A DNA stretch of 62,757 bases, filler included, from Chiloscyllium plagiosum (taxonomy: Eukaryota): the NCBI RefSeq assembly GCF_004010195.1. It is 5 parts of one record of this genome, joined end to end, with 100 filler letters (N's around TTAATTAATTAA, not from the genome) between each part and the next. Parts side by side here need not be neighbours in the genome. Positions count along the whole stretch, not along the records: positions 47,110 to 62,757 come from NC_057717.1; 4 more parts are not named here. The stretch is one strand, 5' to 3'. Shown here piece by piece: positions 50,650 to 62,757 of the stretch. A program made the position numbers and the translations under genes. The notes under the pieces were generated by a model. The model saw only the letters and a list, made by a program, of their open reading frames with translations, made no database searches and was not told the origin of the DNA. Each line of letters begins with the position of its first letter. Positions within the stretch are counted from its first letter, which is position 1.

Positions 50650-50890
50650 GTAATTGCCCTAACTGGCCCAGTAGTTATGAAACACAAAGGAATCAATTGT
50701 TTTTATATGGTAGTTTTCGCCAAGGTGATGATTTTTTCCCTTCAAATTCTGCTCGCTCACATCTCTGTGTTTCATATGTTAGAATTCAAATCGTCCCGTT
50801 CTCAAGGATTTCTTCCCTCCTACGATCACTAACTGAACTTTCCATCCCACACCCCCATTTCATTAATTTGGAGATGTCGGTGTACAAACA

Positions 50891-50972
50891 TAAAAACCAC
50901 ACAACACCAGGTTATAGTCTTAGAGGTTTAATTGAAGCACTAGCTTTCGGAGCACTACTCTTTCATCATGTA
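50891..50972 (-). mobile_element. Terminus relic of another PLE family with a mutated hammerhead core
   Basis: Reverse complement aTGATGA-aa-gagt-agt-gctc-c-GAAA-gcta. Confidence 0.5.
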
Positions 50973-51289
50973 GTTTTGGAGTCATTTCCTATTTCACTCA
51001 GGCACTGCAGAATCTAACACTGACTCTCACATTGATACCGTTCAGTCTGTGCTGCTGTGGTCACTGTTGCTGGGTGAACGTGCCCCTACCCCATCATCGG
51101 GACCTGCAGACCAGTTGATCCATTTGCTTACTACTGTTGTGAGATCAATACTCATGTAGCAGCTTTTACTGACATGGACCAGAGAATATTGAGGGGTCAA
51201 GCTCAGGAAAATGACGCAGCCAGTATCGGGGAAAAGCGACTTCACTGGAAAAGATCAGTTTCACCGGTTTTCTACAATGGCCGAGCGCT

Positions 51290-51610
51290 ATTCCCACTGA
51301 ACGTTGGACTGCTAATTCAGACACGAGGGACTCGGGTTTGACTCCGACCATGCTTGGTAGTAGAATTGGGATTCAATAAATATCTGGAATTACGAATTTA
51401 ATAACTCCTATGAATGCATGGTCAATTGTTGAAAAATAAATCTGACGTCCTTTGAGGAAGGAAACTGCCATTCTTACCTGGTGGGGCCTCCATGTGACTT
51501 CAGATTCACTGCAATACAGTTGAGTTTCAACTGGTGGTGTGCAATTAGGGATATCAATAAATACTGCCGAGCCAGCGACGCCCTCATACTGTAAAAGAAT
51601 AGAAAAAAAG
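51290..51610 (+). mobile_element. Degraded DeuSINE (SacSINE1-like)
   Basis: tRNA-like head, Deu-like core gtcctttgaggaaggaaactgccattcttacctgg..gtgacttcaga, gcaattaggga..aataaa and A-rich tail. Confidence 0.7.
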
Positions 51611-51614
51611 CTCA

Positions 51615-52100
51615 TTCGGCTTTAGCTAGATTACTGTGTGCAGTTCTGCAATTCACAATATAGCATGGATGTGATCGCACTGGGAACCTTGCAGGAGAGA
51701 TTCACTGGGATATTGTCTAAGCTGAAGAGTTTCAGAATTGAGTAAAGATTGGACACACTGGGGTTGTTTGTCGCCGAGCAGCGCAGATTGAAGAAGACAT
51801 GACTGAGAATTACAAAATACTGAGGGATATGGATAGGCTAGCCTGAAAGAAGCGTTTCTTATTGATGGAGGGATTAAACGCCGGGGCCAACAGATTTCGG
51901 GTAAAGGCAGAAAGGTTTGTGTAGATGTGCGGAAAGGGTCAGAGAGAGGGAAACTCTTTTAACCTGAAAATAATTCAGATGTGAATTTGTGATGCCAAAA
52001 CATATGAGACTATGGGCTAAACGATGGAAATCTTGATTAAGGTCGTTAAGCAGTTGTGTTCGACAAGTGCGGCCACAACTGGCTGAAGGGTCTCCTTCGA
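51615..52100 (+). mobile_element. Highly degraded CR1 3' fragment
   Basis: LDYCVQF..DVIAL..RFT and LGLF-EQRRL-DM-E-YKIL motifs. Confidence 0.6.
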
Positions 52101-52595
52101 CGTTGTTGTCCTCCACAGTATCGTGGGCTCAATTCTCCGCTGGGGGCATCGTAAATGTTTTAAACCTGTCGCTCTGTTACCCAGTGAATGTGATTAATGC
52201 TTGGCCTTCAATTCTCGAAGGGACATGTCATAGCAAGGACAGTGCTGTCTGAATCAGCAGGGGAAGGACTGCAGCTCCTGGGGAGAGAGAGTGTCAGTGA
52301 AAGTGCAAACAATTAGCTTCTGCAAACTGCACATTGTGTTTGTGTTGCAATGAAAACCATTATATAGAGTTGTTCCTGACTGATATGTTGATTAAAGCGG
52401 GAATCTGAGGGAGAAAACAGAGTAAACCCATTCAGACCTGCGTGCAGAAACATTTCCAGCAGCACTAATGAGGTTGTACCGCGTAGAACCACGTTTGGAT
52501 GCATTGAATTCGGGTTGATGGGTGCAGCTTGCTATCACTAGGCTGAGTTACCAGTGTGTAAAGCCATTACTCATGCTTCAGATAGTGTTCAATGT

Positions 52596-52910
52596 GATGG
52601 TACATTTGCTCAGTGGTTCGCACTGCTGTTAAGTCTGCAGGTTAGGTGGATTGGCTATGTTAAATTTCGCTGATATATCCAGGGAGTGAATTCAGTAAGG
52701 TAAGTGAATTAGCCATGGGTAACGCAGTCATAAGGTCAGCAGTCACACGATGCCAGGTTTTATTCCAGCAGGTTTATTTGAAATCACAAGACAGGACTGC
52801 GGGGATTGAGAAGGGAGCAAGGTCTGGTTGAGATGCTGTTCAGAGTTTCTCGACAGAATCGATTGGCTAAATTGTACTTTCTGCCTTGTCGGGAATCTGT
52901 GATTCTATCA
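52596..52910 (+). mobile_element. Deleted, degraded HE1-like SINE
   Basis: gctcagtggttcgcactgctg, gcaggttaggtggattggctatg and gattcta tail. Confidence 0.5.
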
Positions 52911-53813
52911 GAGAGGACACTGCAAGCGTTTACTGGGCTGCTAAGACATTAGAGACGATGCTGACGGCGTTTCGTGGGAATGGAATTTTATTTATTTGTA
53001 TTTTGGAAAACTTAAAACTAAACCAAGCAAAACCGAATGGAAGTTTTCCAGAGTATTTGAGGTTTGGAGAGAGTGAATAGGTGGTAAATTCACTCTTTCA
53101 ATTCGCAACTTTCTGAACGTCAGACTTTTAAAACTATCGATGTAGGACAAAGAAATAATGGGAGCAGAATTTCTGTCACTCAGAGAATCCGTTTCCAAAA
53201 TATTTGGAAAGGTAGATTTAGAGACACACAAGCAGTTAGTTGCCCCAGGAGAGAGACAGCTTGTGGCTGGGTAGAAGTGTAAAATTGGGGTGTGGGGGGT
53301 GGAAGGTGCGAGGAAACAATGTCTAATTTAGACGATTCTAGATGTAAAGAAATATCGGAAACGTATGCAGCTGAGTAAGATTCAGCAAAAAAACTCAGAG
53401 TTTTGAATCATTTCAATTAATATTCCACATGAACCATTATAAATGGAACTGAGCAGATGTTGTATATTGTCAAGGGATGATATTCTATAATGAATAGGAA
53501 GTGACCCGTCTCTTGGAGATCGATTTCCTGCTTTAATCCCATGCCTCAAAGATGGGAGGACAATCGCCATGATGTTGGGTTCATTTGATACCCACTGAAA
53601 TCTGCCAAAGTAACTGAGCATCAAAACTGACATCTTGTTTTGTAGTTTAACCTTCTGTTTTTCTCATCAATATTTTCTTCAAGCTGAAATAAATTCGGAG
53701 CAAAATTGAATACAACATTAAACGTTCAAATCAAAAAAATCCAATTCACTTCCGAACATTGGAATGAACAGAGTGAAGTTGCAGCAAAATTAATAAAATG
53801 AAACGAACAAAAC

Positions 53814-53880
53814 TGCATTTCCGGGAATTTTACCCAGTTCAGGTTCAGCCATATGAGAAAGACCATCGAGCTAAAACATC
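53814..53880 (-). pseudogene. tRNA-Gly-like relic
   Basis: tgcatt-ccgggaat-accc...gagaa-acca aligns loosely to the reverse complement of tRNA-Gly. A TTTT run follows immediately on the - strand. Confidence 0.35.
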
Positions 53881-54064
53881 ACCTTCACTTCTCTCTCCAT
53901 ATATACTTCTTCACGTGAGAGATAAACTGTCTGAAGAAATTATGCGTCAAGACTAAATGTGCGTGTGAATGTGACGGGAATTTCATCTTTGCTAGTTCAT
54001 TCTGAGACAGTTCCGACTCGAAATAAATCAAGGACAAGGTATTCCTTCCAAGGACGAGGTCAAT

Positions 54065-54140
54065 TCCTTGGATTGTGCTGGTATTATTATTCCGCTGAAA
54101 GCAGAAACATAATGGTGTGGATTCGATTCCGCTCAGGGAA
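54065..54140 (+). pseudogene. tRNA-Glu-like relic
   Basis: Acceptor-like pair tccttgg/tcaggga, and 3' end ttcgattccgctcagggaa versus Glu TTCGATTCCCGGTCAGGGAA. Middle unrecognisable. Confidence 0.3.
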
Positions 54141-54206
54141 TTTCTTATCTCCTAGGTGCACCATATGTAATCTTGACGGGGTCACATGTGAGCCCCTTTG
54201 CCATGG

Positions 54207-54282
54207 GCTGAAGTGGCCCAGAGGTTCAGGCGACGGGTTGCTCTTTCATTTTGCATGTGTGGATTTGAATCCTACTCTGGCT
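54207..54282 (+). pseudogene. tRNA-Ser(GCT) pseudogene
   Basis: gtggcccagaggttcaggcga..ttGCT..tcatt..tgcatgtgtggatttgaatccta is colinear with tRNA-Ser(GCT) GTGGCCGAGTGGTTAAGGCGA..CTGCT..TGCACGCGTGGGTTCGAATCCCA; variable arm shortened. Confidence 0.55.
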
Positions 54283-54974
54283 GTTACTTCTATCAAACGC
54301 AGCTGTGGTTTCCCTTTGTGCCTCGCATCTTTAGGATACATTGGATGGAGAATCTTGCTCTTGTCCTTCATTGAACTGGAGATTTGTGATAAATCGATAC
54401 CACATCAACGTCGAAATAAACCAATTTGATTCTGTTGCAAGTTACATTGGGATAATGAAAAAGGAGTGCAACGTTTCTTTCCTCCCTTCATTCCATCTTG
54501 ACGTTCTATGAATTTACATCGAATGAAAGCGAAACAGATAAGGAGAGATCGGGTGCAATATTTTATCCAGTGAGATTGTGAATTTTAATGTAATACTCCA
54601 CACAAAGTTCTGATCAGTATTTTAAACAGTCAATTGACTTGGAACCGCAGAAAACTTTTCCAATGAAACGAATCTTTCATTCTTTCACAACCTTTTGTTG
54701 TGTGAATCATACCACGATCCATCTTCCAACATGATCACCAAGTTGCCAACAGCATTAGATCCACCAATTTTCTTTAGCAATCACAGCTTCTGCACATACC
54801 CATCTGAGGTGTGCCCAGTGCCATGTGTTGTCTCCAGGCCACATCACATTTCTTGCTCATGAGCTTGTGCGTCTAGTCCCTGATCTGTCTGATAAGTTTG
54901 GAAACCTTTTCTATCACTTAATCCCATCCTCTCAGAATTCTAAACTTATCAATAAAGTAAGATTTTAGACCAAA

Positions 54975-55500
54975 TGATGTAGGATTTGAAGTGGGCCATT
55001 CAGCCCATCGAGTCTGCCCCACCATTCAATGAACTCATGGCTGATCTGATAATCCTCAACTCCATTCTCCTGCATTACTTGACAAAGCTCCATCGTCTTT
55101 CTCGTTAAATATCTGTCTGGCACAGTTTGAAAATACACAACAGCTCAGCCTCAACAGTAGTTTCGGTAAGGAGTTCCACCGATTCACTGGCCCCTGAGCA
55201 AAGAAATTACTTATCACTTCTGAATTAAATAGGCAATATCTAATTCTGAGTTCATGTCCTCTTTTGCTCTCCTTATACCAGAAGGTCAACCACCTGCCTG
55301 TACCTATCCTGTCAAGATCCCATGAGTATTGAACGTGTATAAATGTTATTATGTGATTATAGAGCTCCCCTCCGCCTCCTTTGTTTCAAGGAGAATAATC
55401 CCAGCCTAACCAATCATTCCACGAAGCTCCATTTTCTCCAGTGTTGACAACATGTCCGTAAATCTCTGCTGTCCCCTGCAGCCTCCTTACATATTATTCA
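54975..55500 (-). mobile_element. Degraded CR1 3' fragments
   Basis: RGHELRI..FFAQ-VN-WNSLP on the - strand. Confidence 0.65.
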
Positions 55501-55984
55501 GGCAGGTGGAGACATTTATGCGACGAAACGTTGACATTTCAAGCGCAGACGAGAATTGCAACTTGAAATCAGACAGCGACTGGAAACAGATTTGTCCACA
55601 TAATGACGAAATAGAGTGATGATAACTCTGACAAATCAGAATCTAATCATATCCCACTGACATTCATTGACTTTACTGCAACCAAATTATCCCGTGTAAT
55701 TGTCCACAGAGCTAGTATTTAGAAATATAAACGGATGGAAACTAGCTATATAAACAATTTGGCAACAAAACAAATGTCCATTAGTGGACATTTTTTGATT
55801 ATACACTCAACTCACGTCTCAGTGAATCCTACATCATTTCCAAGGCACAAATGAGACGTGGAACACAACTCTTTCTATTTGCCTCGATGGGTGTAACTTC
55901 AATAACACTTAAGGAACTGGACACGGTCCATGACAATGCAGTCACTTGATTGTACCCTCTTCAATACCTGCAATATTCATTCTC

Positions 55985-57865
55985 TGCGCCGATCCAAGCC
56001 CACCTAACCTACACTAGCCAACTATTCTGCATATGCCTATCCAATGCCCGTTTAAATGCCCATAAAGAGGAAGAGTCCACCACTGCTACTGGCAGGGCAT
56101 TCCACGAACTCACGACTCGCTGAGTAAAGAAGCTACCCCTAACATCTGTCCGATACCTACCACCCCTTAATTTAAAGGTATGCCCCCTCGTAATAGCTGA
56201 CTCCATACGTGGAAAAAGGTTCCCATGGTCAACCCTATCTAAACCCCTAATCATCTTGTTCACCTCTATAAAGTCACCCCTAAACCTTCATTTCTCCAAT
56301 GAAAACAGCCCCAAGTGCCTCCGCCTTTCCTCATGCGATCTTCCTCCCATACCAGGCAACATCCTGGTAAACCTCCTCTGCACCCGTTCCAGTGCCTCCA
56401 CATCGTTCCTATAGTATGGCGACCAAGACTGCACACAATACTCCAGATGAGGCAGCACCAGAGTCTTATACTCTGCAACATGACCACAGGGCTCCGGAAC
56501 TCAATTCCTCGACCAATAAAAGCCAGTACGCCATATGCCTTCTTCACCGCACTATTTACCTGGGTGGCAACTTTCAAAGATTTGTGTACATGGACACTAA
56601 GATCCCTCTGCTCATCCACACTACCAAGTATCAGACTATTAGCCCAGTACCCCGTCTTTTTGTTACTCTTACCAAAGTGAATCACCTCACACTTACCTGC
56701 ATTGAACTCCATTTGCCACATTTCTGCCCAGCTCAGCAGCTTATCTATATCCCTCTGTAACCTGCCACATCCTTTCCTCACTGTCAACAACTCCACCGGC
56801 TTTCGTATCATATGCAAAATTGCTCACCCAACCTTCTAGCCCCTCCTCTAGGTCATTTATAAAAATGACAAACAGCAATTGTCCCAAAACAGATCCTTGC
56901 GGAACACTGCTAGTTCCTAATCCAAACCTCCAACTCACCCTCAATGCCATACCTCCGTATTTTTTGCTGTAGCCTACCATGGGGACCCTTATCAAACGCC
57001 TGACTAAAATCCATATACACCACATCTACCGCTTTATCCTCGTCTACCTCCTTGGTCACCATCTCAAAGAATTCAATAAGGTTTGTGAGGCACGACCTGC
57101 CTTTAACAAAACCAAGCTGACTATCCTTGATCACATTATTCCTATACAGATGTTCATAAATCCATTCCCATACATTTCTCTCTCAGACTTTGCCCACAAC
57201 AGAAGTCAGACTCACCGGACTATAGTTACTAGGGTTATCCCTACTCCCCTTCTTGAACAAGGGAACCGCATTTGCTCTCCTCCAGTCTACTGGCACTATT
57301 CATGTAGACAACGAGGACATAAAAATCAAGGCCAATGGCTCTGCAATCTCCTCCCTTGCTTCCCAGAGAATCCTAGGATAAATGCCATCAGGCCCAGGGG
57401 ACTTATCTATTTTCACCTTTTCCAGGATTTCCAACACCTCTTCCCTACATACCTCAAAACCATTCATTCTACTTAATTGTGACTCAGTACTCACATTGAA
57501 AACAATGTCCTGTTCCTGATTGAATACTGACGAAAAGTATTCATTCAGTGTCTCCCCAATCTCTTCAGCCTCCACACGCAACTTCCCACTACTATCCTTG
57601 ACTGGACCTATTCCTACCCTAGTCATTCTTTTATTCCTAACATACCTATAGAAAGCCTTAGGGTTTTCCCTAATCCTACCAACTAAGGACCTTTCATGTC
57701 CCCTCCTTGCTGCTCTTAGCTCTCTCTTCAGGTCCTTCCTGGCTACCTTATAACTCTCAATCGCCCCAATTGAACCTTCACGCCTCATCTTTACATAGAC
57801 CGCCCTCTTCCATTTAACAAGAGATTCCAATTCCTTATTAAACCACGGCTCCCTCACAAGATGCT
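55985..57865 (-). mobile_element. 5'-truncated CR1 ORF2 (RT), same family as 1-344
   Basis: KSPGPDGIYP, GFVKGRSCLTNLIEFFE, YMDFS-AFD, VPQGSVLG-LLFVIFINDL and C-terminus; frameshifted. Confidence 0.92.
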
Positions 57866-58117
57866 TTCCTCACTGGAAAGGAATCAGTGGTAAACTCATT
57901 GGTGAAACGGTCTTGATGGGCAAAGATGCATACTTCAGCCATCCATGTTTCATCTTCCAATTCAAAACAAAATATTGTTTATGCTGTGACCTGACTTGTG
58001 CTCAGTCCTTTAGCTGTTCCCTAAACTGGTGGTTACTAAGGTTCTACTATCATCCACAGCCTGTGATCAACAATAGAAAATATCCGAAAACCCTCTTAAT
58101 CAACTGATTCCCCTCAA

Positions 58118-59205
58118 TTAGAGTGGTGTTGGAGAAGCACAGCAGGTCCGGCAGCATCTGAGAAGAACGAAAAATGAACGTTTCAGGCAAAAGCCCTTCT
58201 TCAGCAATGAGACTGGGAGCATATTGGATGGAGAGATAAATGGGAGTAGGGCGGGCTGGGGAGAAGGTAGCTGAGAGTGCTATAAATGGATGGAGGTGGG
58301 GAGTGAACATTACATGTCAGAGAAGAAGGTGCAGTGGATAGGTGGGAATGAAGATGCAAGGTGTGACAGGTCAGGAGGATGGTATTGAGCTGGAAGGTGG
58401 GAATTGGTGTAAGGTAGGGGATGGAGAAATGAGGACACTGGTGAAGTCCAAATTGATGCCATGGGGTTGAAGTGTCCTGAGGCGGAAGATGAGGCTTTCT
58501 TCTTCCAGGCATCGGGCTGTGATACAGTGGCGATGGAGGAGGCCCAGGACCTGTATGTCCTCGCGAGAGTGGGAGGCGGAGTTGAACTTTTTGGTCTTGG
58601 GAGCACTAGGGTTGATTCTTGCGGGTGTCCTGGAGATATTCTCTGCAGCACTCTGTGAGAAGACATCTGGTCTCCCCACTTTAGAGTAGGCCGCATCGGG
58701 AGCAACGGATACAGAAATGACATGTGTGGAAGTGCAGGTGAAACTTTGATGGATGTGGAATACTCTATGGGAGCCTTGGACAGAGATGAGGGGGTAGATG
58801 TGGGCGCAAGTTTTGCAATTCCTGCGGTGGCAGAGGAAGGTGCCGAAGAGAAGGGTGGGACATGGGAGGGAGTGGACTTGACTCGGTAGTCACAGAGCGA
58901 ATGGTCTTGGCGGAAAGTGGATAGGGGTGGTGAGGAGAGCATATCCCTGGTAGTGGGATCCGTTTCGAGATGGCGAAACTGTCAGCGGGTGACATGATTT
59001 ATGTAGAGGTTGCTGTGATAGAAGATGAGAAACAGGTGGGTTCTGTCCTTGTTGTCGTTGGAGGTTTGGAGTTCATGGGTGTATGTACGGAACATGGATG
59101 AGATGCGTTGGACCGCATCTTCAACCACATAGATTGGGAAGTTCCGGTCTTTAAAGAAGGAGGCCACCTGGTGTGTTCTGTGTGGAACTTGTCCTTTGGG
59201 AGCAG
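58118..59205 (-). mobile_element. PLE 3' part (RT thumb, GIY-YIG, terminus with hammerhead motif at ~58176-58208)
   Basis: MASFFKDRNFP and LEEESLIFRL-TLQP-GIN-DF; reverse complement CTGAAGA-agggc-tttt-gcct-GAAAC-GTT. Confidence 0.85.
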
Positions 59206-59207
59206 AG

Positions 59208-61160
59208 GGTAAAAATAATGACTGCAGATGCTAGAAACCAGAGTTTAGATTAGAGTGGTGCTGGAAAAGCACAGCAGTTCAGGCAGAATCCGAGGAGCAG
59301 AAAAATCGACGTTTCGCGCAAAAGCCCCTTCATCAAGAATACAGGCAGCGTGCCTGAAGGGTGGACAGATAAATGAGAAAAGGGTGGGTGTGGGGAGAAA
59401 GTAGCATAGAGTACAGAACACACCAGATGGCCTCCTTCTTCAGAGACAGCAATTTCCGTTCCCACGTGGTTAAAGATGCCCTCCACTGCATCTCGTCCAC
59501 ACCCCGCACCTCCGTCCTCAGACCCCAACCCTCCAACCGTAACAAGGACAGAACCCCCCTGGTGCTTACCTTCACTCTACCAACCTTCGCATAAACCAAA
59601 TCATCCGCTGACATTTCCACCACCTCCAAACGGACCCCATCACCGGAGACTGGATGGCTCATAGCACAGCACTTTAGGGAACATCTCTGGGACACCCGCA
59701 CCAATTAACCACACTGCCCTATGGCCCAACATTTCAACTCCACCTCCCACTGTGCCGAGGACATGGAAGTCCTGGGCCTCCTACACCGCCGCTCCCTCAC
59801 AATTGACGCTTGGAGGAAGAACGCCTCATCTTCCGCCCCAGATCACTGCAACCCCAGGGCATCAATGTAGACTTCACCAGTTTCCTCATTTACCCTTCCC
59901 CCACCTCACCCCAGCTCCAAACTTCCAGCTCAGCAATGTCTCCATGACTTGTCTTACCTGCCTGTCTTGCTTTCCACCTTTCTACTCCAACCTCATCCCT
60001 GACCCATCACCTTCATCTCCTCTCCCACTCACCTATTGTACTCTATGCTACTTTCTCCCCACCCCAAACCTCCTCTTATTTATCTCTCCAGCCTTCAGGC
60101 TCTCTGACTGTATTCGTGATGAAGGGCTTTTGCCAGAAACGTCAATTTTACTGCTCCTCGGATGCTGCCTGAACTGATATGCTTCTCCTTTGGGAGCAGA
60201 TGCGATAGATGTGGAGGAATTGGGAATATAGGATCACATTTGCGCAAGAGATGGGATGCGAGAAGGTATAATCCAGACAGCTGTGGGAGTCAGTGGGTTT
60301 GTAAAAAGTGTCAGTAACACTGAACTCGAGGGATATATTTCCCTCGCTACCTCGATCCACCTTTTACATAGACTGTTTCCTGCACGACTAGCTAGTCAAG
60401 TCCACGCCCTCCAATGACCCACGCTCCCGGCACCTTCTCTTGCCACCACAGGAATTGCAAAACGTGCACCCACATCTTCCCCATCACATCCTTCCAAGGT
60501 TCCAATAGATCCTTCCTCATCCATTAAATGTGCATCTTCAGTGCCACACATTCATTTATTGCACCTGTTGCTCTCCTCTACATTGGGGCCAACAGACACC
60601 TTCTCGCAGGCCGCTTAAGAGAACATTTCCAGTACACCCGCAATATTCAACCCCAACTCCCCGTGACCAAACACATCAACTCCCTCCACCCCCACTCTCC
60701 CAAGGATATGCAGTTCCTGGGCCTCCTCCACCGCCATTTCCTCAACTCCCGACGCCTCATCTTCCACCTCGGGACCCTTCAACCCCAGGGCATCAATGTG
60801 GTCTCCACCAGCTTCCTCACCTCTCCACACCCACCTTACCGTAGTTCCAAACTTCTAGATTGGCACCATCCTATTGAACTGTCCCACCTGTCTATCACCC
60901 TTCCCACCTATCCGCTCCACCCTCTCCTCCCACCTATTACTTTTAACCCCACCTCCATCCCCTTCTTGCACTCTCAGCTAAATTCTTCCCAGACCCAGTC
61001 CTCCCGTTTATCTCTGCACCCTCGAGGCTCGCAGCTTTATTCCTGATGAAAGGCTTTTGCCCGAAACGTCATTTTTCTCTGCAGCTCGGATGCTTCCTGA
61101 CCTGCTGTGCTTCTTCAGCACCACTCTAATGTCGATTCTGATTACCAAAATCTGCAGTAC
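59208..61160. mobile_element. Nest of PLE fragments in alternating orientation
   Basis: Minus terminus 59208-59400, plus body 59412-60177, minus RT piece 60178-60320, plus GIY-YIG and terminus 60328-61160 (LLYIG..RLREHF). Confidence 0.8.
61038..61074 (+). ncRNA. Minimal hammerhead ribozyme motif
   Basis: tattc-CTGATGA-aa-ggc-tttt-gcc-c-GAAA-C-GTC. Core-mutated copies at ~59305 (-) and ~60111 (+). Confidence 0.65.
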
Positions 61161-61774
61161 GTACTTCCATCTAAATGATTCCCATGTCCATTGATCTTCA
61201 GCGATCGTGAATGTAGACTCCATGATGTCTTTGTCCGTGTACACCACACAGAATGCTCACTGTTATTGTTTCTTCTCCACAAATTCATTAACATTCATTG
61301 ATCTGAATTCAATTCCTTTCAGCATTTTGCCATTCCACCTGTTTGACACATCCCTGCAGTCCATGGCATTCTTCACCATAGTCAACTGCACGACCAACTT
61401 TTGCATCATCAGCAAACTTCTGAATCATGGCTCCTGCAACTAAATCTAAATCACTAATCTACATCAGCAAACAGTGGCACTACACTGGAAACACTCATGC
61501 AAACAGGGTTCATTGCTGGTTGTGCTTAACAGCTGCAATAACAGCAGAATCGAACTCCTGCTGTCATTTGTAAACTTGCTGGTGACTCTGCCAGTTGGTC
61601 TCCTGAGTGATCACTTCTCACATATGGGAGTGGTGAATGACCTGTGCTCACTGTGACTGAGTAAGTGAGTTTACCTCTATAACTCTATGGTTCTATGACC
61701 GGGCCTTTACCAATCATGTCACTGGTGCCACAGAATAGCTTCACCTGCTCATGTCCACCGCCACTTCCAGTCCC

Positions 61775-62757
61775 TATACACATCCATCCCCCATCACGAA
61801 GGCCTCAAAGCCCTCCGATTCTTCCTTTCGCGCCGAACCAACCAGTACCCTTCCACTGACACCCTCCTTCGACTGACTGAACTGGTCCTCACCCTGAACA
61901 ACTTCTCTTTCCAATCCTACTACTTCCTCCAAACCAAAGGAGTAGCCATGGGCACCCGCATGGGCCCTAGCTATGCCTGCCTCTTCGTTGGATATGTGGA
62001 ACAGTCCAACTTCCGCAGCTACACTGGCACCACCCCCCACCTTTTCCTCTGCTACATCGATGACTGTATCGGCGCTGCCTCGTGCTCCCACAAGGACGTT
62101 GAACAGTTCATCCACTTTACTAACATCTTCCACCCCGACCTCAAATTTACCAGGACCGTCTCAGACTCCTCCCTCACCTTCCTAGACCTCTCCATTTCTA
62201 TCTCGGACGACCGACTCAACACGGACGTTTACTATAAACCGACTGACTCCCACAGCTACTTAGATTACACAACCTCCCACACTGCCCCATATAAAAACGC
62301 CATCCCATATTACCAATTCCTTCTCCTTTGCCGCATCTGCTCCCAGCAGGACCAATCCCAATACCGAACAACCCAGATGGCCTCCTTCTTCAAAGACAGC
62401 AATTTCCCCTCAGACGTGGTTGACAATGCTCTTCACTGCATCTCCTCCACTTCCTGCTCCTCCGCCCTTGAACCCCACCCCTCCAATCGCCACCAGGACA
62501 GAACCCCACTGGTCCTCACCAACCACCCCACCAACCTCCAGATACATTGTATCATCCTTCGTCATTTCCTCCACCTCCAAACAGAACCCACCACCAAGGG
62601 TATATTCCCCCCCACCACGATCAGCGTTCTGAAAATACCACTCCCTCCATGACTTCCTCGTCAGCTCCGCACTCCCCACCAACCTAACCTCCACTCCCGA
62701 CACCTTCCCCTGCAACACCAAGAAATGCAAAACTTGTGCCCACACCTCCCCCCTCAC
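61775..62757 (+). mobile_element. PLE RT fragment extending past the window end
   Basis: ORF 61948-62652 GTRMGPSYACLF..YIDD..FLDL..YYKPTDSHSYL. Confidence 0.9.

Noticed and set aside
52120..52148. tRNA-Asp-like 3' end; also tRNA-Lys-like tcagacttttaa at ~53120
   Set aside because: Matches too short, with no supporting cloverleaf.
53959..54429. 156-aa plus-strand ORF
   Set aside because: Non-ATG start, no domain, and overlaps tRNA relics; likely chance.
1..62757. CRISPR array, retron, DGR or other prokaryotic RT system
   Set aside because: No short repeat-spacer array or operon structure; every RT motif is explained by CR1/L2, RTE, Gypsy or Penelope families.

Overview
Eukaryotic, repeat-saturated vertebrate DNA with no recognisable intact host protein gene. 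HE1-type V-SINEs, DeuSINE-like SINEs, CR1/L2-clade LINEs and GC-rich Penelope-like elements (PLEs) point to a cartilaginous fish; this is inferred from recalled repeat families, not from a database search. (1) Positions ~345-32,412 are a tandem array of an old ~4.1-4.2 kb composite unit in about 8 full or partial copies. The unit is a mosaic of LTR-like segment, RTE-type RT fragment, spacer with a PLE-end relic, CR1 RT fragment and decayed Gypsy pol. All coding relics lie on the + strand. The array has since been hit by a near-full-length CR1, two PLEs with clean target-site duplications and HE1-type SINEs, and remodelled by micro-inversions and deletions. (2) Positions ~32.5-50 kb are mostly nested, decayed CR1/L2 fragments. 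(3) Positions ~50.5-54.3 kb hold a tRNA-His-body gene with a GTA anticodon plus faint Gly/Glu/Ser tRNA relics. (4) Positions ~55-62.8 kb are a CR1 and a nest of inverted PLE fragments. Several PLE termini carry minimal hammerhead-ribozyme motifs. Four 100-bp N44-TTAATTAATTAA-N44 blocks are assembly spacers. Boundaries of decayed elements are approximate.
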